The notes under the pieces are model-generated. The model ran no database searches and was not told the origin of the DNA. It worked only from the letters and a program-made list of their open reading frames with translations. Both the position numbers and the translations under genes were made by a program. This document shows, piece after piece, positions 1-10,227 of a DNA stretch of 64,000 nucleotides (positions within the stretch are counted from its first letter, which is position 1; every line of letters begins with the position of its first letter). The stretch spans positions 608,001 to 672,000 of the forward strand of contig CAVYTU010000015.1 of NCBI GenBank assembly GCA_963771465.1. The letters run 5' to 3'. The DNA comes from an uncultured delta proteobacterium. GTDB lineage: Bacteria > Desulfobacterota > Binatia > UBA9968.

Positions 1-190
1 GACTGCCGGCAAAGCGCGCCGCATTTTGCTGCGGCTCGCCAAGGCGCTGCGCGAGCGCGGCGCTGCACCCTTGGGCGTGCGCGACCCAGAAATCTACCGG
101 GTGCGCGGCACGTCGGTCGTCGTGCCGGACAATCTCAATTGGGTCGATTCGGTTAAAGAGCGCGTAACGGTGGCGAAAACCGCGGCGTGA
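1..190 (+). CDS. C-terminal fragment of a Rieske aromatic ring-hydroxylating oxygenase alpha subunit (phthalate/LigXa-like), partial
   Basis: Frame 2 reads ..ARRILLRLAKALRERGAAPLGVRDPEIYRVRGTSVVVPDNLNWVD..*, resembling the RRxLL..G..P....YRVR....W tail of this family. Runs off the window start. Confidence 0.55.
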   Translation, partial: TAGKARRILLRLAKALRERGAAPLGVRDPEIYRVRGTSVVVPDNLNWVDSVKERVTVAKTAA

Positions 191-251
191 TTCTTAGTCA
201 GCAAGCAAACCGCGTTCAGAAGACGACTCGTGCTCGATTGGAGAAGACCGA

Positions 252-1043
252 ATGGACCTTGGTTTGACCGGACGAGTCGCCATCGTGGCAGGCGCCAGCA
301 AGGGTTTGGGCAGGTCGATCGCGGTCGGATTGGCGCGCGAGGGAGCGCATGTCGCGATCTGTGCCCGCAGCCAAGACCTCATAACGAGCACGGCAAAGTT
401 TATTGAAGCGACCTATGCCGTCGCAGCGCTGCCCATCGTCGCGGACTTGCGCCATCCCGCCGATATCGACCGCGTGGTCGACGCGACCATTCAACGCTTT
501 AACCGCGTCGATATTCTTCTCAACAACGCCGGCGGCCCGGCGCCGAAGAGTTTCGAAGAATCTAGCGGCGATGACTGGGAAAAAGCCATGGGCCTAAATT
601 TTCTCTCCGGAGTGCGACTGATTCAGCGGGTGCTGCCGCCTATGAAAGCGCGACGCTGGGGCCGCATCGTCAATATTCTATCTTCCGGCGTGAAACAGCC
701 GATCGATGGGTTGGTTCAATCCAACGCGGCGAGAGCCGCGATGGCGGGCGCGGCGAAAACGCTCGCGCGCGAAGTGGCGGTGCACGGGATTCTGGTTAAC
801 AACATCTGTCCTGGGCGAATCCAAACCGAGCGAGTCAACGAAGTCGACGCCGCCACAGCGCGGCGTAAAGGGGTGAGCGTAGAAGATGTGCGGCGCGAGA
901 GTTGCCGCGAGATTCCCATGGGACGCTACGGTCAACCCGAAGAGTTCGCCAACGCGGTAATATTTTTGACGTCCGAGTGCGCCAGCTATATCACCGGCTC
1001 CACGCTCCAGGTCGACGGCGGCTACATCCGGTCGCTATGGTAA
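252..1043 (+). CDS. SDR family oxidoreductase (3-oxoacyl-ACP reductase-like)
   Basis: GASKGLG Rossmann motif, NNAGG, VNNICPG, ITGSTLQVDGG. SNAAR occupies the place of YxxxK (atypical subgroup). Confidence 0.9.
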   Translation: MDLGLTGRVAIVAGASKGLGRSIAVGLAREGAHVAICARSQDLITSTAKFIEATYAVAALPIVADLRHPADIDRVVDATIQRFNRVDILLNNAGGPAPKSFEESSGDDWEKAMGLNFLSGVRLIQRVLPPMKARRWGRIVNILSSGVKQPIDGLVQSNAARAAMAGAAKTLAREVAVHGILVNNICPGRIQTERVNEVDAATARRKGVSVEDVRRESCREIPMGRYGQPEEFANAVIFLTSECASYITGSTLQVDGGYIRSLW

Positions 1044-1089
1044 GCGACGATGACCGATGGTTTCGACGCGATGAATAAGATTGTGCGCC

Positions 1090-1707
1090 TTACCATTCGC
1101 GCGTGATCTCGGCTGAGTCGACGACGTCGAAGATTCTTTCCAACGATTTGAGCGCTGCGTCGTAGGTATCTTTGAATGGACTGCCGACGCAGTCGCGCAC
1201 GATCACCGTATAGTAGCCGAGATTGAGCGCGTCGCGCGCGGTGCCGTCGATACCAGTCTCGATGGACGCGCCGGCGAGGATCAGAGTTTTGAGGCGATAT
1301 TTGCGCAGCCACCATTCGAAACTTGTGCCGAGAAACGCGTTGGGCAAGAATTCCTCGAAAACGATATCGTCGGATTGGGGCTCCAGACCCTGAGCGAAGG
1401 TCGCCGCACCGGCCGTCGGAATTGTTAACGCATTGGGATCGCTCAGGCGCATTTGTTTCATTCGCATACGGATCATCGGCGCGCCGAGGCTTTTCCAGTC
1501 CACCGGTCCCGGCGTCGAATACATCACGCGGACGCCGCTTTCTCGCGCCTTGGCCAGCAGAGCCTTCGTGTTCGTCAGCATGGCCGCGCCGTTGTAGCAG
1601 CGAGCAATCGCTGCCGCTGATACATTCCACAGCAACAAGCCGGAGTGTTTGGGCTCGACCACTTCGGCGAATTGCTCCAGAATCTCCATACCGGCCCAAC
1701 GAATCAT
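1090..1707 (-). CDS. Isochorismatase/cysteine hydrolase family protein
   Basis: NAFLGTSFEWWLR, TLILAG..ETGIDGTARDA.NLGY..VIVRDCVGS motifs. Confidence 0.85.
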   Translation of the reverse strand: MIRWAGMEILEQFAEVVEPKHSGLLLWNVSAAAIARCYNGAAMLTNTKALLAKARESGVRVMYSTPGPVDWKSLGAPMIRMRMKQMRLSDPNALTIPTAGAATFAQGLEPQSDDIVFEEFLPNAFLGTSFEWWLRKYRLKTLILAGASIETGIDGTARDALNLGYYTVIVRDCVGSPFKDTYDAALKSLERIFDVVDSAEITREW

Positions 1708-1946
1708 GCTTCTGTCCTCCTACGTGGTGCCATCGCCGCCAGCGTTACCATCTCCGTAACACCGCACGTCGCGTGGCCGTAAACATATTAGCGCTGTGGG
1801 CCGCCTGTCAATCGCAACTTCACCACAGTGATCGATATTTCGTTTGACAACTAGGCGCGCCATTATGGTAGCTATGACTTTGATCAGGGACTTGATGTCG
1901 CGCATAGTAAAATTGCGCCAACCGACCCCGATCCTGCCTGTTTGCA

Positions 1947-3680
1947 ATGAAGATCGACACGTTAGATGGGTCACCGGTGCAAAGCAAGATTTTTTCTTTG
2001 CGCTTCGATGGGCGGACACTTTTGCTGTCGTTGTTTTTGGCGTTTATCGCATTGCTAGTATTCACGCCACTACTTTTCCTTCTGTACGGCAGCATCGAGA
2101 TGGCGCGGCCGGACGGAACCACGGTATACAGCTTACAAGGTTGGCGCCAGGCGCTGGCCAATCCCGGCATCGCCGGCGCGATTTACAACAGTTTTGCTTT
2201 AGCCGTCGCGCGCCAATCGCTCGCCATCGTCATCGGCATTTTTCTCGCGTGGCTGATCGCCCGCACCGACATTCCCTTTAGCGGTTGGCTCGAGTTTTCT
2301 TTTTGGCTGTCCTATTTTATTCCGTCCTTGCCGATCGCTTTGGGATGGATCCTGCTTTTGGATCCGAAGTACGGGTTGATCAACCAGTGGCTGGCCGCGC
2401 TGCCATTTATCAGCGAAGCGCCGTTTAACGTTTATTCTTTTTGGGGCATCGTCTGGGTGCATTTGAGCGCCAGCACCATCGCCATCAAGGTGATGTTGCT
2501 GACACCGGCGTTTCGCAACTTGGACGCGGCCCTCGAAGAAGCGTCTCATGTCGCCGGCGCCGGCCCGCTCAAAACGCTCTTGAAAATTGCCGCGCCGATC
2601 ATGATGCCGACGATACTCGTGGCGTTTATTCTCGGACTCATTCGTTCGCTCGAAGCGTTTGAAATCGAGCTGATCTTGGGCCGGCCCATCGGGCTCCATG
2701 TCTTTTCGACCAAGATTTATAGCTTCATGACCATCGAGCCACCGCAGTTTGCCCCGGCGTCGGCGCTCGGCAGTTTTTTTCTCATCGTGCTCGGCCTGTT
2801 AGTCGCGTTGCAGCGCGTTTTTCTGCGCCAGCGAACCTACACGACGATTTCGGGCCGCGGGTTTAGCGCCCGCTCGATCCGCTTGGGCCGCTGGCGCTAT
2901 GCAGCTCTCGCTTTCGTTGCCGTCATCGCTCTCTGCACCACGGCGGTGCCCATCGCTTCGCTTTTTTTCGCGACCTTTATGAAGCTCTTCGGTTATTTTT
3001 ATATTCCCGAGCCCTGGACATTGGATAACTGGCGCCAGGTTATGAAAGACCCGATTCTCTTGCGCTCCTTGCAAAATACTTTCGTGCTCGGCATCTCGGC
3101 GGCGGGACTCGGCATCCTATTGAGCAGCGCGATCGCTTACATCATCGTTAAATCGAAATTTTTCGCCCGCGGCTTCCTCGATTTTATTTCTTGGATACCC
3201 TGGTCGATTCCGGGCATCTTGCTCGGCATGGCGCTCGCATCTTCACTGCTGTTGATCCATAAAATCGTGCCGCTCTACGGCACCATGGCCGCGCTGGTGG
3301 TGGCCATGACCATCGCCGGGTTGCCGCTGACGGTGCAGGTGATCAAATCGTTTCTCATGCAACTCGCCGACGAATTGGAAGAAGCGTCGCAGGTGGCTGG
3401 CGCGACTTGGCTTACGACGTTCCGCCGCATCCTGCTGCCGCTGCTGCTGCCTTGTGTGATCGTCGTCGGCTTGCTTGAATTTATCGCCTCGGCGCGCAAC
3501 ATCAGCACCGTGGTTTTACTAGCCACCGGTAAGAATCGAACGTTGTCGCTGCTGATGCTCGATTACACCGCGGGCGCGGAACTGGAGAAGGCGACGGTGG
3601 TGGGCGCGATCATTGTGTTGATGGTATTGACCGCGGCGATCGTCGCGCGCATTCTCGGCGGCAAGGTCGGGATCCGCTGA
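1947..3680 (+). CDS. ABC transporter permease, Fe3+/thiamine (FbpB)-type with two BPD_transp_1 domains
   Basis: About 12 TM segments and two EAA loops (LEEASHVAGA, LEEASQVAGA). Confidence 0.9.
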   Translation: MKIDTLDGSPVQSKIFSLRFDGRTLLLSLFLAFIALLVFTPLLFLLYGSIEMARPDGTTVYSLQGWRQALANPGIAGAIYNSFALAVARQSLAIVIGIFLAWLIARTDIPFSGWLEFSFWLSYFIPSLPIALGWILLLDPKYGLINQWLAALPFISEAPFNVYSFWGIVWVHLSASTIAIKVMLLTPAFRNLDAALEEASHVAGAGPLKTLLKIAAPIMMPTILVAFILGLIRSLEAFEIELILGRPIGLHVFSTKIYSFMTIEPPQFAPASALGSFFLIVLGLLVALQRVFLRQRTYTTISGRGFSARSIRLGRWRYAALAFVAVIALCTTAVPIASLFFATFMKLFGYFYIPEPWTLDNWRQVMKDPILLRSLQNTFVLGISAAGLGILLSSAIAYIIVKSKFFARGFLDFISWIPWSIPGILLGMALASSLLLIHKIVPLYGTMAALVVAMTIAGLPLTVQVIKSFLMQLADELEEASQVAGATWLTTFRRILLPLLLPCVIVVGLLEFIASARNISTVVLLATGKNRTLSLLMLDYTAGAELEKATVVGAIIVLMVLTAAIVARILGGKVGIR

Positions 3681-3715
3681 TGGAGAGAATTTCCAAAGCA
3701 CCAAAGGAGTCGCGA

Positions 3716-4828
3716 ATGAGAAGTTCCATTTGTAAATTGACGACATTACTTTTCGTCGCCTACGCGCTGGCTTTTGCAGGTGCGGCGCGGGCACAATGGC
3801 AGACGGAATGGGAACGGGTGCAAGCCGCGGCGCGCAAGGAAGGCAAGTTGGTGGTGAGTATTCCACCGAGCGCCGAGCTAAGAGTTGCGCTTGAAGGCGC
3901 GGTCAAGCAAAAGTTTGGCATCGAACTGGAAATCGTCTTGGCCAGCAGCACGACTCTGACGAAACGGGTCGGCGATGAGTTCAAAGCCGGCGTGCGCTAT
4001 TTCGACGTCATCACCAGCACCTGGGATTCGCTCTCATACAACCTCTTGCCCATGGGCGCCATCGAGCCGCTGGAACAGTATTGGATACTTCCCGAAGTTA
4101 AAGACCCGGCAAACTGGTGGGGCGGTCATATCTGGACGGACTCGACCAAGCGGTTCGCGTATTCGCCGCTCGCGTATATGCTCGATAACATCTGGTACAA
4201 CACCGGCCACGCTAAAGCGGAAGAGTTGCGCACCTACGATGACTTGCTCAATCCGAAGTGGAAAGGAAAAATCGCCGTATGGGATCCGCGGACGGGCGGC
4301 GGCGCGGCGCTTGGTATCTGGAGCTACCTATGGCTGACCAAAGGCGAAGCCTATCTTCGGAAACTCGTGCAGCAGAATCTCCAATTGGTCGAAGATCGGC
4401 GCTTGGTAGCGGATTCGTTAGCGCGCGCCAAGGCTGCAGTTGCCATCGGCGCGACCTATTATAGCTACGCCGCATTCATCAAAGCCGGTTTGCCGGTGAA
4501 ACCGTTACCGCCTTCGAGAGAAGGTACCTACGTTTCGGTCGGCAACGGCGGGCCGGTCGTGATCAAGAACCCGCCTCATCCCAACGCGGCGAAGGTTTAC
4601 GTCAATTGGTTGCTCAGCAAAGAAGGCCAGCAGCTTTACACTAAGGTGTTCGGCCAGGCAACGCGCCGCCTCGACGTCGACACCAGTTCGATGGCGGAGT
4701 TCGGCGTGCGCGCGGCGAAAGACAGCATTAGCATTGATAACTTTTACAAGTGGCAGAATGCGCTCGAAGACAAGGATTTGACGGTGCGCCGTCCGTCATT
4801 GGAATTCGCCCGCAAAATTTTGCCTTGA
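3716..4828 (+). CDS. ABC transporter extracellular solute-binding protein (FbpA/AfuA-like)
   Basis: AAGGAG RBS before ATG 3716, signal peptide, AARKEGKLVV, DLLNPKWKGK, PPHPNAAKVYVNWLLSKEGQ. Confidence 0.88.
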   Translation: MRSSICKLTTLLFVAYALAFAGAARAQWQTEWERVQAAARKEGKLVVSIPPSAELRVALEGAVKQKFGIELEIVLASSTTLTKRVGDEFKAGVRYFDVITSTWDSLSYNLLPMGAIEPLEQYWILPEVKDPANWWGGHIWTDSTKRFAYSPLAYMLDNIWYNTGHAKAEELRTYDDLLNPKWKGKIAVWDPRTGGGAALGIWSYLWLTKGEAYLRKLVQQNLQLVEDRRLVADSLARAKAAVAIGATYYSYAAFIKAGLPVKPLPPSREGTYVSVGNGGPVVIKNPPHPNAAKVYVNWLLSKEGQQLYTKVFGQATRRLDVDTSSMAEFGVRAAKDSISIDNFYKWQNALEDKDLTVRRPSLEFARKILP

Positions 4829-5083
4829 GCATCGAGTTCTTACAAAACGTCGACATGATTGTCAACTCCACTGGAAAGGGGCCGCCTGGAAGGTGGCTAC
4901 GGTTATTTTGGCTCCATGAAGATCCAATTCAGAAAAGCGAACCAATTTGGGTCCAATTTTTTTCGTGAAGATTAATCTCTTTCCGTTGCGGTAGACCCAA
5001 TCTCTCGAAACCGGCAGCCGAGCTCGAAAGAACGCATTATTTCCAGTTCGAATGGTCAGCGAGGAACAGGCGGGAACTCAAAT

Positions 5084-5116
5084 TGGTGGAGGCAACGGGA
5101 CAGTGTAAAGATCTCC
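5084..5116. mobile_element. Left attachment site of the island: core TGGTGGAG plus arm ACAGTGTAAAGATCTCC
   Basis: The core 5084-5091 equals the tRNA-Ala 3' end at 51343-51350. The arm 5100-5116 is a 16/17 inverted match to 51320-51336. Confidence 0.8.
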
Positions 5117-5721
5117 TCGCGGGAATCCCATAGCCTTTACGATTTCCTGTACGTACATCTCTGTCTTTGGGAAATGCTGCCATGCAAGAAGGGAAATATT
5201 TCTCCCTTGCGTCAAGCGCCCATGGGTCGACCCCGAACTATAGATCGATGCTGCAAGATCGATTTCATCCAAAATCTTCTGACCTTCTGGGCCGGCTTCA
5301 AACTATTTGTCCCCTATTTAAGGTGTCCGTCAAACCGGGGCTAACTCACCTTAAACGCGGTGTAGAATTTGCATTAAAAGAGAACAGTTATAACCCATGG
5401 ACACATTGGACACATTGCATTTGTCTTTACCCCGCGTCGCGCACATGCTAATCATTTGTTTTCGCAAACGGAGAAGGAAGGTACCGGGAAAGTTTGACTT
5501 CCTCCTCTCCGCCAGGAAGAAATTCCCATAGACTTTTACGTCCACATCAAAGCGATGTTAAATGGCGATCAACAAGTAGCTGGGCGTTGACATTCTACCT
5601 GCTGACATTAAGAAGTTTATTTGCCGTGAAAAATCTAATCGCAGAAACCCGAGCTGCCTACTACTGTGTTTTTCCGGTACCATAAAAAAGTTGAGTCGAC
5701 GCGAAGAGGCGGACGATTGCC

Positions 5722-7338
5722 ATGAACCGCAGTCATTTTGATTCACAGGCAGCGGATCTCAGCGCAAAAAATGAAGCCCAGCCGTTCCACAGTAATCTTC
5801 ATTTTCAGGAAGTACTTGCAACCCTGGGCTACGGCATAATCGCTCGTAAAGGTCTCATCCTTCTCATCGGCGATGCGGGCACCGGCAAAAGCGCGCTGCT
5901 GCATCAACTCACGCGCGAGCTGGATAGCAACGTCACCTACATCTTTGAGTCTGAGCCCGAGGTGAATTTTACGGATTTGCTTCGACTTGTTCTCAGTCAT
6001 CTGGAAGGCGCCGGCGATACCCGGGGCGGACTTTCGATGATGCAACGCTGCAAAGCCATTTTGCGCTCCCAACTGGACCAAGGTCATATCATTTGTTTGA
6101 TCATCGACAACGCGCAACGTCTGCGCGATGAGACCCTTGAATACGTACTACACAATTTCTTTAGCGCCATCTCAGCCGCTGGTGATGAAAATCTGTTGCA
6201 AATTGTCCTGGCGGGGCGACCTGAGCTAGGGGAACGACTCGCCCAGCCGCGCCTGCGCTCGCTTAAACCTTGCTCCGACCTAGTGTGTCAACTTCAACCG
6301 TTGCGGGACAAGGACGTCGCCGCCTACGTCGAGCATCGGCTTCGCGCTAGCAACCTGGCCGTCGATATATTCGGTGGCGCGGCAATCCAACAAATCGCTG
6401 CTTATACCGGCGGCAATCCACAGAAGGTCAATGTCCTTTGTGATTGTGCGCTGCAAGCTACCGACAGATCGCACTGCGAAGTTACCCCCGAGATGATCAC
6501 CCGCGCCGCGCGAGAGCTCGATCTTTCTGAGGCCCGGCCTCCGCCCAGCGATAGGGTGGCGCCCAGGTTTGAAATACCCAGCGAACGCGACGAACCTTCC
6601 CGCTTTCAATTGGTCGATGGCGACGTGAACGAAATGGTCAGACAAACGTTTCTGAACTGCACCGTCGACGCCCGCAGGCCATGGCTTTGGCCGTCGGGTC
6701 GAAATCGAATGGCGGTTCGAATCTTGGTGCTTCTCATCCTTCTCGGCGGCGCCGCTGCATGGTTGCAAAGTGAGACAGGAAAAAGCCAACTGGCAGCCTG
6801 GACCGGGAGGCAAAGCGGGAACGAAGGTTCAAAACAAGGATTACCGGCCGACGCCAACGCACCGCTAGTCGCGAAGCAAGACATCCCCGCCTCACCCACC
6901 ACGCCAGCTCCATCAACTCGGCCGGTGCCCAAAAGCGCAGTTCCTTCATCGCCAATGAGCGATTCTGGGACCAGGAGCCTTCCCCTTCCCAACAACGAAA
7001 AATCCGCCGACCTGCCGTCTCCGGTGCCAACGGAGAAAGCTGCAGAAAACTCCTCGACAGCAAAACCCGCGCCGAGAAAGGCTCCTGCGCCACCGATTAA
7101 CGACCGCTGGCCGGCGGCGGAGAATCGCGCCGTCCAAAGACAAATTCTCGCGGCGCAAGTTTCCCGAGCGATCGGGAATCGCGCCATCGTCGGTGTCGAC
7201 GTTTCCATGACCAATGGCACCGCCGTCCTCAAAGGCCGGGTGGCCACGGAACGGCAGAAAACTGCCGCTGAACAAGCCGCTCGCAGCGTTGCGGGAGTAA
7301 AGCGAGTGCGCAACCGCATTGCGGTTTCTGGAAGCTAG
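5722..7338 (+). CDS. ExeA/GspA-like AAA ATPase with TM helix, Pro-rich linker and C-terminal BON domain
   Basis: Walker A GDAGTGKS, Walker B LIIDNAQ, LQIVLAGRPEL, YTGGNP..VNVLCD. TM ILVLLILLGGAAAW. BON-like GTAVLKGRV...AEQAARSVAGVKRVRNRI. Confidence 0.82.
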   Translation: MNRSHFDSQAADLSAKNEAQPFHSNLHFQEVLATLGYGIIARKGLILLIGDAGTGKSALLHQLTRELDSNVTYIFESEPEVNFTDLLRLVLSHLEGAGDTRGGLSMMQRCKAILRSQLDQGHIICLIIDNAQRLRDETLEYVLHNFFSAISAAGDENLLQIVLAGRPELGERLAQPRLRSLKPCSDLVCQLQPLRDKDVAAYVEHRLRASNLAVDIFGGAAIQQIAAYTGGNPQKVNVLCDCALQATDRSHCEVTPEMITRAARELDLSEARPPPSDRVAPRFEIPSERDEPSRFQLVDGDVNEMVRQTFLNCTVDARRPWLWPSGRNRMAVRILVLLILLGGAAAWLQSETGKSQLAAWTGRQSGNEGSKQGLPADANAPLVAKQDIPASPTTPAPSTRPVPKSAVPSSPMSDSGTRSLPLPNNEKSADLPSPVPTEKAAENSSTAKPAPRKAPAPPINDRWPAAENRAVQRQILAAQVSRAIGNRAIVGVDVSMTNGTAVLKGRVATERQKTAAEQAARSVAGVKRVRNRIAVSGS

Positions 7339-8274
7339 CCGAATAAACGTTCGGCCACATAATCCTCACTCGGTCGCGACGATTGCGACAAAATTGAAAT
7401 TCTCTTGAACCGTCTTTCATAGATCGAAATCTCTCATGGGTCTGCGCATAGCCGTCGGCGCCGCCGTTAAAAACATTGAACTGAATCGAGATTCCATTTT
7501 TCATTTCCGGCTCTCATTTGTCTAACGCCAACTCGGGCCCCCATGACGTCCTGGAACAGCGAAAACGGTTCCCGCGCGAACCTCCAAACATGTTGCACCA
7601 AATTGCCAAAGACTAGATTCTGCCCAACACCCAGAAGGCCGGGGACATGCTCATGACGAAAAGCCCGCAAGGACAAGTTATTCAAATCGAGTCCGCTTTT
7701 TTCCTATGTCACTGGTTGATCTAACTCTCAATGACTATTTCGTTCGATTTTTGATATATCCGCTGCTCGGAAGACGGTTAACCTTTGATGTGAAAGTACG
7801 GATATCAAAGCCATCCGTGCACGCTTCTCGAATTAGCCTGAGTTCTCCACATCACGCTCGCAATTTTGATTGCCGTTTCGATGAAACTCTGCGGACAACC
7901 TTTACTGTTGACCGGAATTCGACGTTTTTTTTCTTTTTAACTCCCGTTCGGGAACGCGTTGGGCGAGTACGGTTGAACGAGAATTCCACGCAAACAGTAA
8001 AGTAGCAGAGCGCTGGAGAAGATTTAACGAGACTTCATTCACTTCCTGCAGCATGACCGGTCAGGTCGCTTGGAATCTTTCTGTCTCGAAGCATTTTACA
8101 TGACACGTATAGCCAAGTCTTGTTTCTTTAGTCGTGAACAGCGTGTGGGCGTATTTTCTTATGGTCATCAACCGAACAAATTTCGTCGTGGTGGAGATTC
8201 AAAATTGTCTAGCGGGCACCGTGTGGTTGCTGAAATACAATCCCACTTTCCTAAAGAATACTGCGCCACGATCG

Positions 8275-8290
8275 TGGCACAACTCCTGCT
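8275..8290 (+). promoter_or_regulatory. Putative sigma-54 promoter (-24/-12)
   Basis: TGGCACAACTCCTGCT fits TGGCAC-N5-TTGCW with one mismatch, ~170 bp upstream of 8463. Confidence 0.4.
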
Positions 8291-8462
8291 CTAAGGCACA
8301 AGTTACGAAACGCCCGAGGCCTCATAAATGATCCGCTAGGCTCACCGACTCTAATTACCCGAATAGCAACCGGCGCTTGCCCTCTCGTTGGATCAGTCGA
8401 GATCTTGAGCTGAGACGCGTGTTCGACTATGGCCGCTAACACGATGAAAGGTTCCTTGTGAA

Positions 8463-9962
8463 ATGAAACAAAAGCTCTTCAAACTTTGGACTCGATATTT
8501 TTCGTCTTTACGGCTCTTTTATCTTTGCCGATCGGCGCCCTTCTTTTTTATTCTCTGTTTAGCAAACACTTCCGCCGCTGCGGTGATCGATGTAAGAACC
8601 TATGGCGCTCTGCCGGATGATTCCGGCGACGATAGCGCCGCGATCCAAAGAGCCATAGACAACGCGCCGGACAAGAGCACGATTTACTTTCCTCGGGGGA
8701 CTTATTTGGTCGCCGGCGTAACGATCAACTATCGGAATGGTTTGACTCTATCAGGCGACGGCTCGACATTGACCATCTTGAAACGTTCTGGAAGCTACCC
8801 AAACATTTTTGAGAGTATCGGCTCAACGGATATCCTCGTCACCCAATTAGGTTTCGATGCCAATGGCATCACTGCCTATGGAGGATTCAATTTTTATGAC
8901 GCCAAACGAATCACCATCACGAAAACCCACTTTTTTGACGGCAATAAGCAGCCGGTCGGAGGATATGATCGTTACTCGTGGGTGTTTGGTCGAGGAAGCG
9001 TTCCCAGCGAAGACATTCTGATCACTGACAATTTAATTGAAGATCTCCAAGTAGAGATCGACTTTGGCCTTAGAGTCCGCATCGAAGGCAATACCGTCGT
9101 AAGACCCGTCGCGACTTCTGGAATCGGTGTTTTCACGATCAACGACAATACCGCCGCACAAGAATATACGATTCAGAAAAATACGATTGTCGATCCCGTG
9201 GTGAGCGCGGGAGGCATTGTCCTGCATCTAGATCCCCCCAGTAGCAGTTATTCGACGATGAAAACTTTTCGAATTCTCGACAATCATATTGTCTATACGA
9301 AATATATCGGTGGCAACCACGCCAGCGCGATCCGTCTTGGAACGGGTGATAACAGCCAAGCCACCAGGGGAAATGTCTTCGATAACATAGTCATCCAGAA
9401 TAATGTAGTCTACAAAGATCCCGATAGCTCATACGATTTCGGCGACGTCAATGCCATCATTTTTGGCAACAGCTCTGCCGTTGCCAATTTTAGATTCGAT
9501 AATACCAACGTAAGCAACAATCTGATTTACTATGATAATAGGTTTGGACTAGCTGGAATACCTAGCATTGATATACGTCAAAAAGGCATCAACTATAGTG
9601 AAAGTAATAACCCGGCGTATGCTATTTCGTCTGATATCATGCCGCCGTCGGTTCCGACGGCTCTAACGACCACGTATGTTTCAGGTACGGAAATACAACT
9701 GGCGTGGAATCCGTCAGTCGACAACATTGGAGTATACCGATATCGCATTTACAGAAATGGAGTGGCGAAAAGCTACAGCACTAGCACATCTTACGCAGAC
9801 AAAAGCCTGATCTCGGGAACTACCTATACCTACACGGTAACTGCTTTCGATGTGGCTGGAAACGAATCGGGTCAATCCTCTGCCGTCACAGCCACAACCA
9901 CCTCAACCGGTACAACCTCAACCCATGGACGTGGCCGTACCAAGAAGGTTGCGACTCGGTGA
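8463..9962 (+). CDS. Secreted right-handed parallel beta-helix protein (pectate_lyase_3-like N-terminus) with C-terminal fibronectin type III domain
   Basis: VIDVRTYGALPDDSGDDSAAIQRAID..TIYFPRGTY. FN3-like PSVPTAL..IQLAWNPSVDNIGVYRYRIYRNG..TYTYTVTAFDVAGNES. Confidence 0.85.
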   Translation: MKQKLFKLWTRYFSSLRLFYLCRSAPFFFILCLANTSAAAVIDVRTYGALPDDSGDDSAAIQRAIDNAPDKSTIYFPRGTYLVAGVTINYRNGLTLSGDGSTLTILKRSGSYPNIFESIGSTDILVTQLGFDANGITAYGGFNFYDAKRITITKTHFFDGNKQPVGGYDRYSWVFGRGSVPSEDILITDNLIEDLQVEIDFGLRVRIEGNTVVRPVATSGIGVFTINDNTAAQEYTIQKNTIVDPVVSAGGIVLHLDPPSSSYSTMKTFRILDNHIVYTKYIGGNHASAIRLGTGDNSQATRGNVFDNIVIQNNVVYKDPDSSYDFGDVNAIIFGNSSAVANFRFDNTNVSNNLIYYDNRFGLAGIPSIDIRQKGINYSESNNPAYAISSDIMPPSVPTALTTTYVSGTEIQLAWNPSVDNIGVYRYRIYRNGVAKSYSTSTSYADKSLISGTTYTYTVTAFDVAGNESGQSSAVTATTTSTGTTSTHGRGRTKKVATR

Positions 9963-10040
9963 GGATGGAGTTTCTGAACTCTTCCGAACTTTGCGCCCTT
10001 GCGTCTTTGCGGGAGATACTCGAGTTCGGAACAGAGACAT

Positions 10041-10080
10041 GAAAAAAAGGCCCGGTCTAGGAAATCCCCAGCCGAGCCTC
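10041..10080 (-). terminator. Rho-independent terminator at the end of the EPS operon
   Basis: The minus strand reads GAGGCTCGGCTGGGGATTTCCTAGACCGGGCC then a T-run (hairpin plus U tract). Confidence 0.55.
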
Positions 10081-10227
10081 AATTGGAACAAAGCAGCGAC
10101 TCGATGATTTTGCGTCACGCTGCTTAAACTGTGCTGTTTTTAGAGGGTCTTTTCTTCCGCGGCCAGACTATCGCTCCGATTCTGAGGTCCCCTTCTCTAA
10201 TCGATTGCATGTCGCGGCCGAACCCGT

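Noticed and set aside
1947-4828. ABC system lacking an ATPase as a novelty
   Set aside because: Orphan permease and binding-protein pairs that share an ATPase encoded elsewhere are common.
5078-5545. Short ORFs just inside the left att site as an excisionase/RDF
   Set aside because: No recognisable HTH or RDF motif and no clear start signals.
7339-8462. Short ORFs in the 1.1 kb gap between the AAA-BON and beta-helix genes
   Set aside because: No RBS or motif support and atypical composition. Treated as regulatory or decayed DNA.
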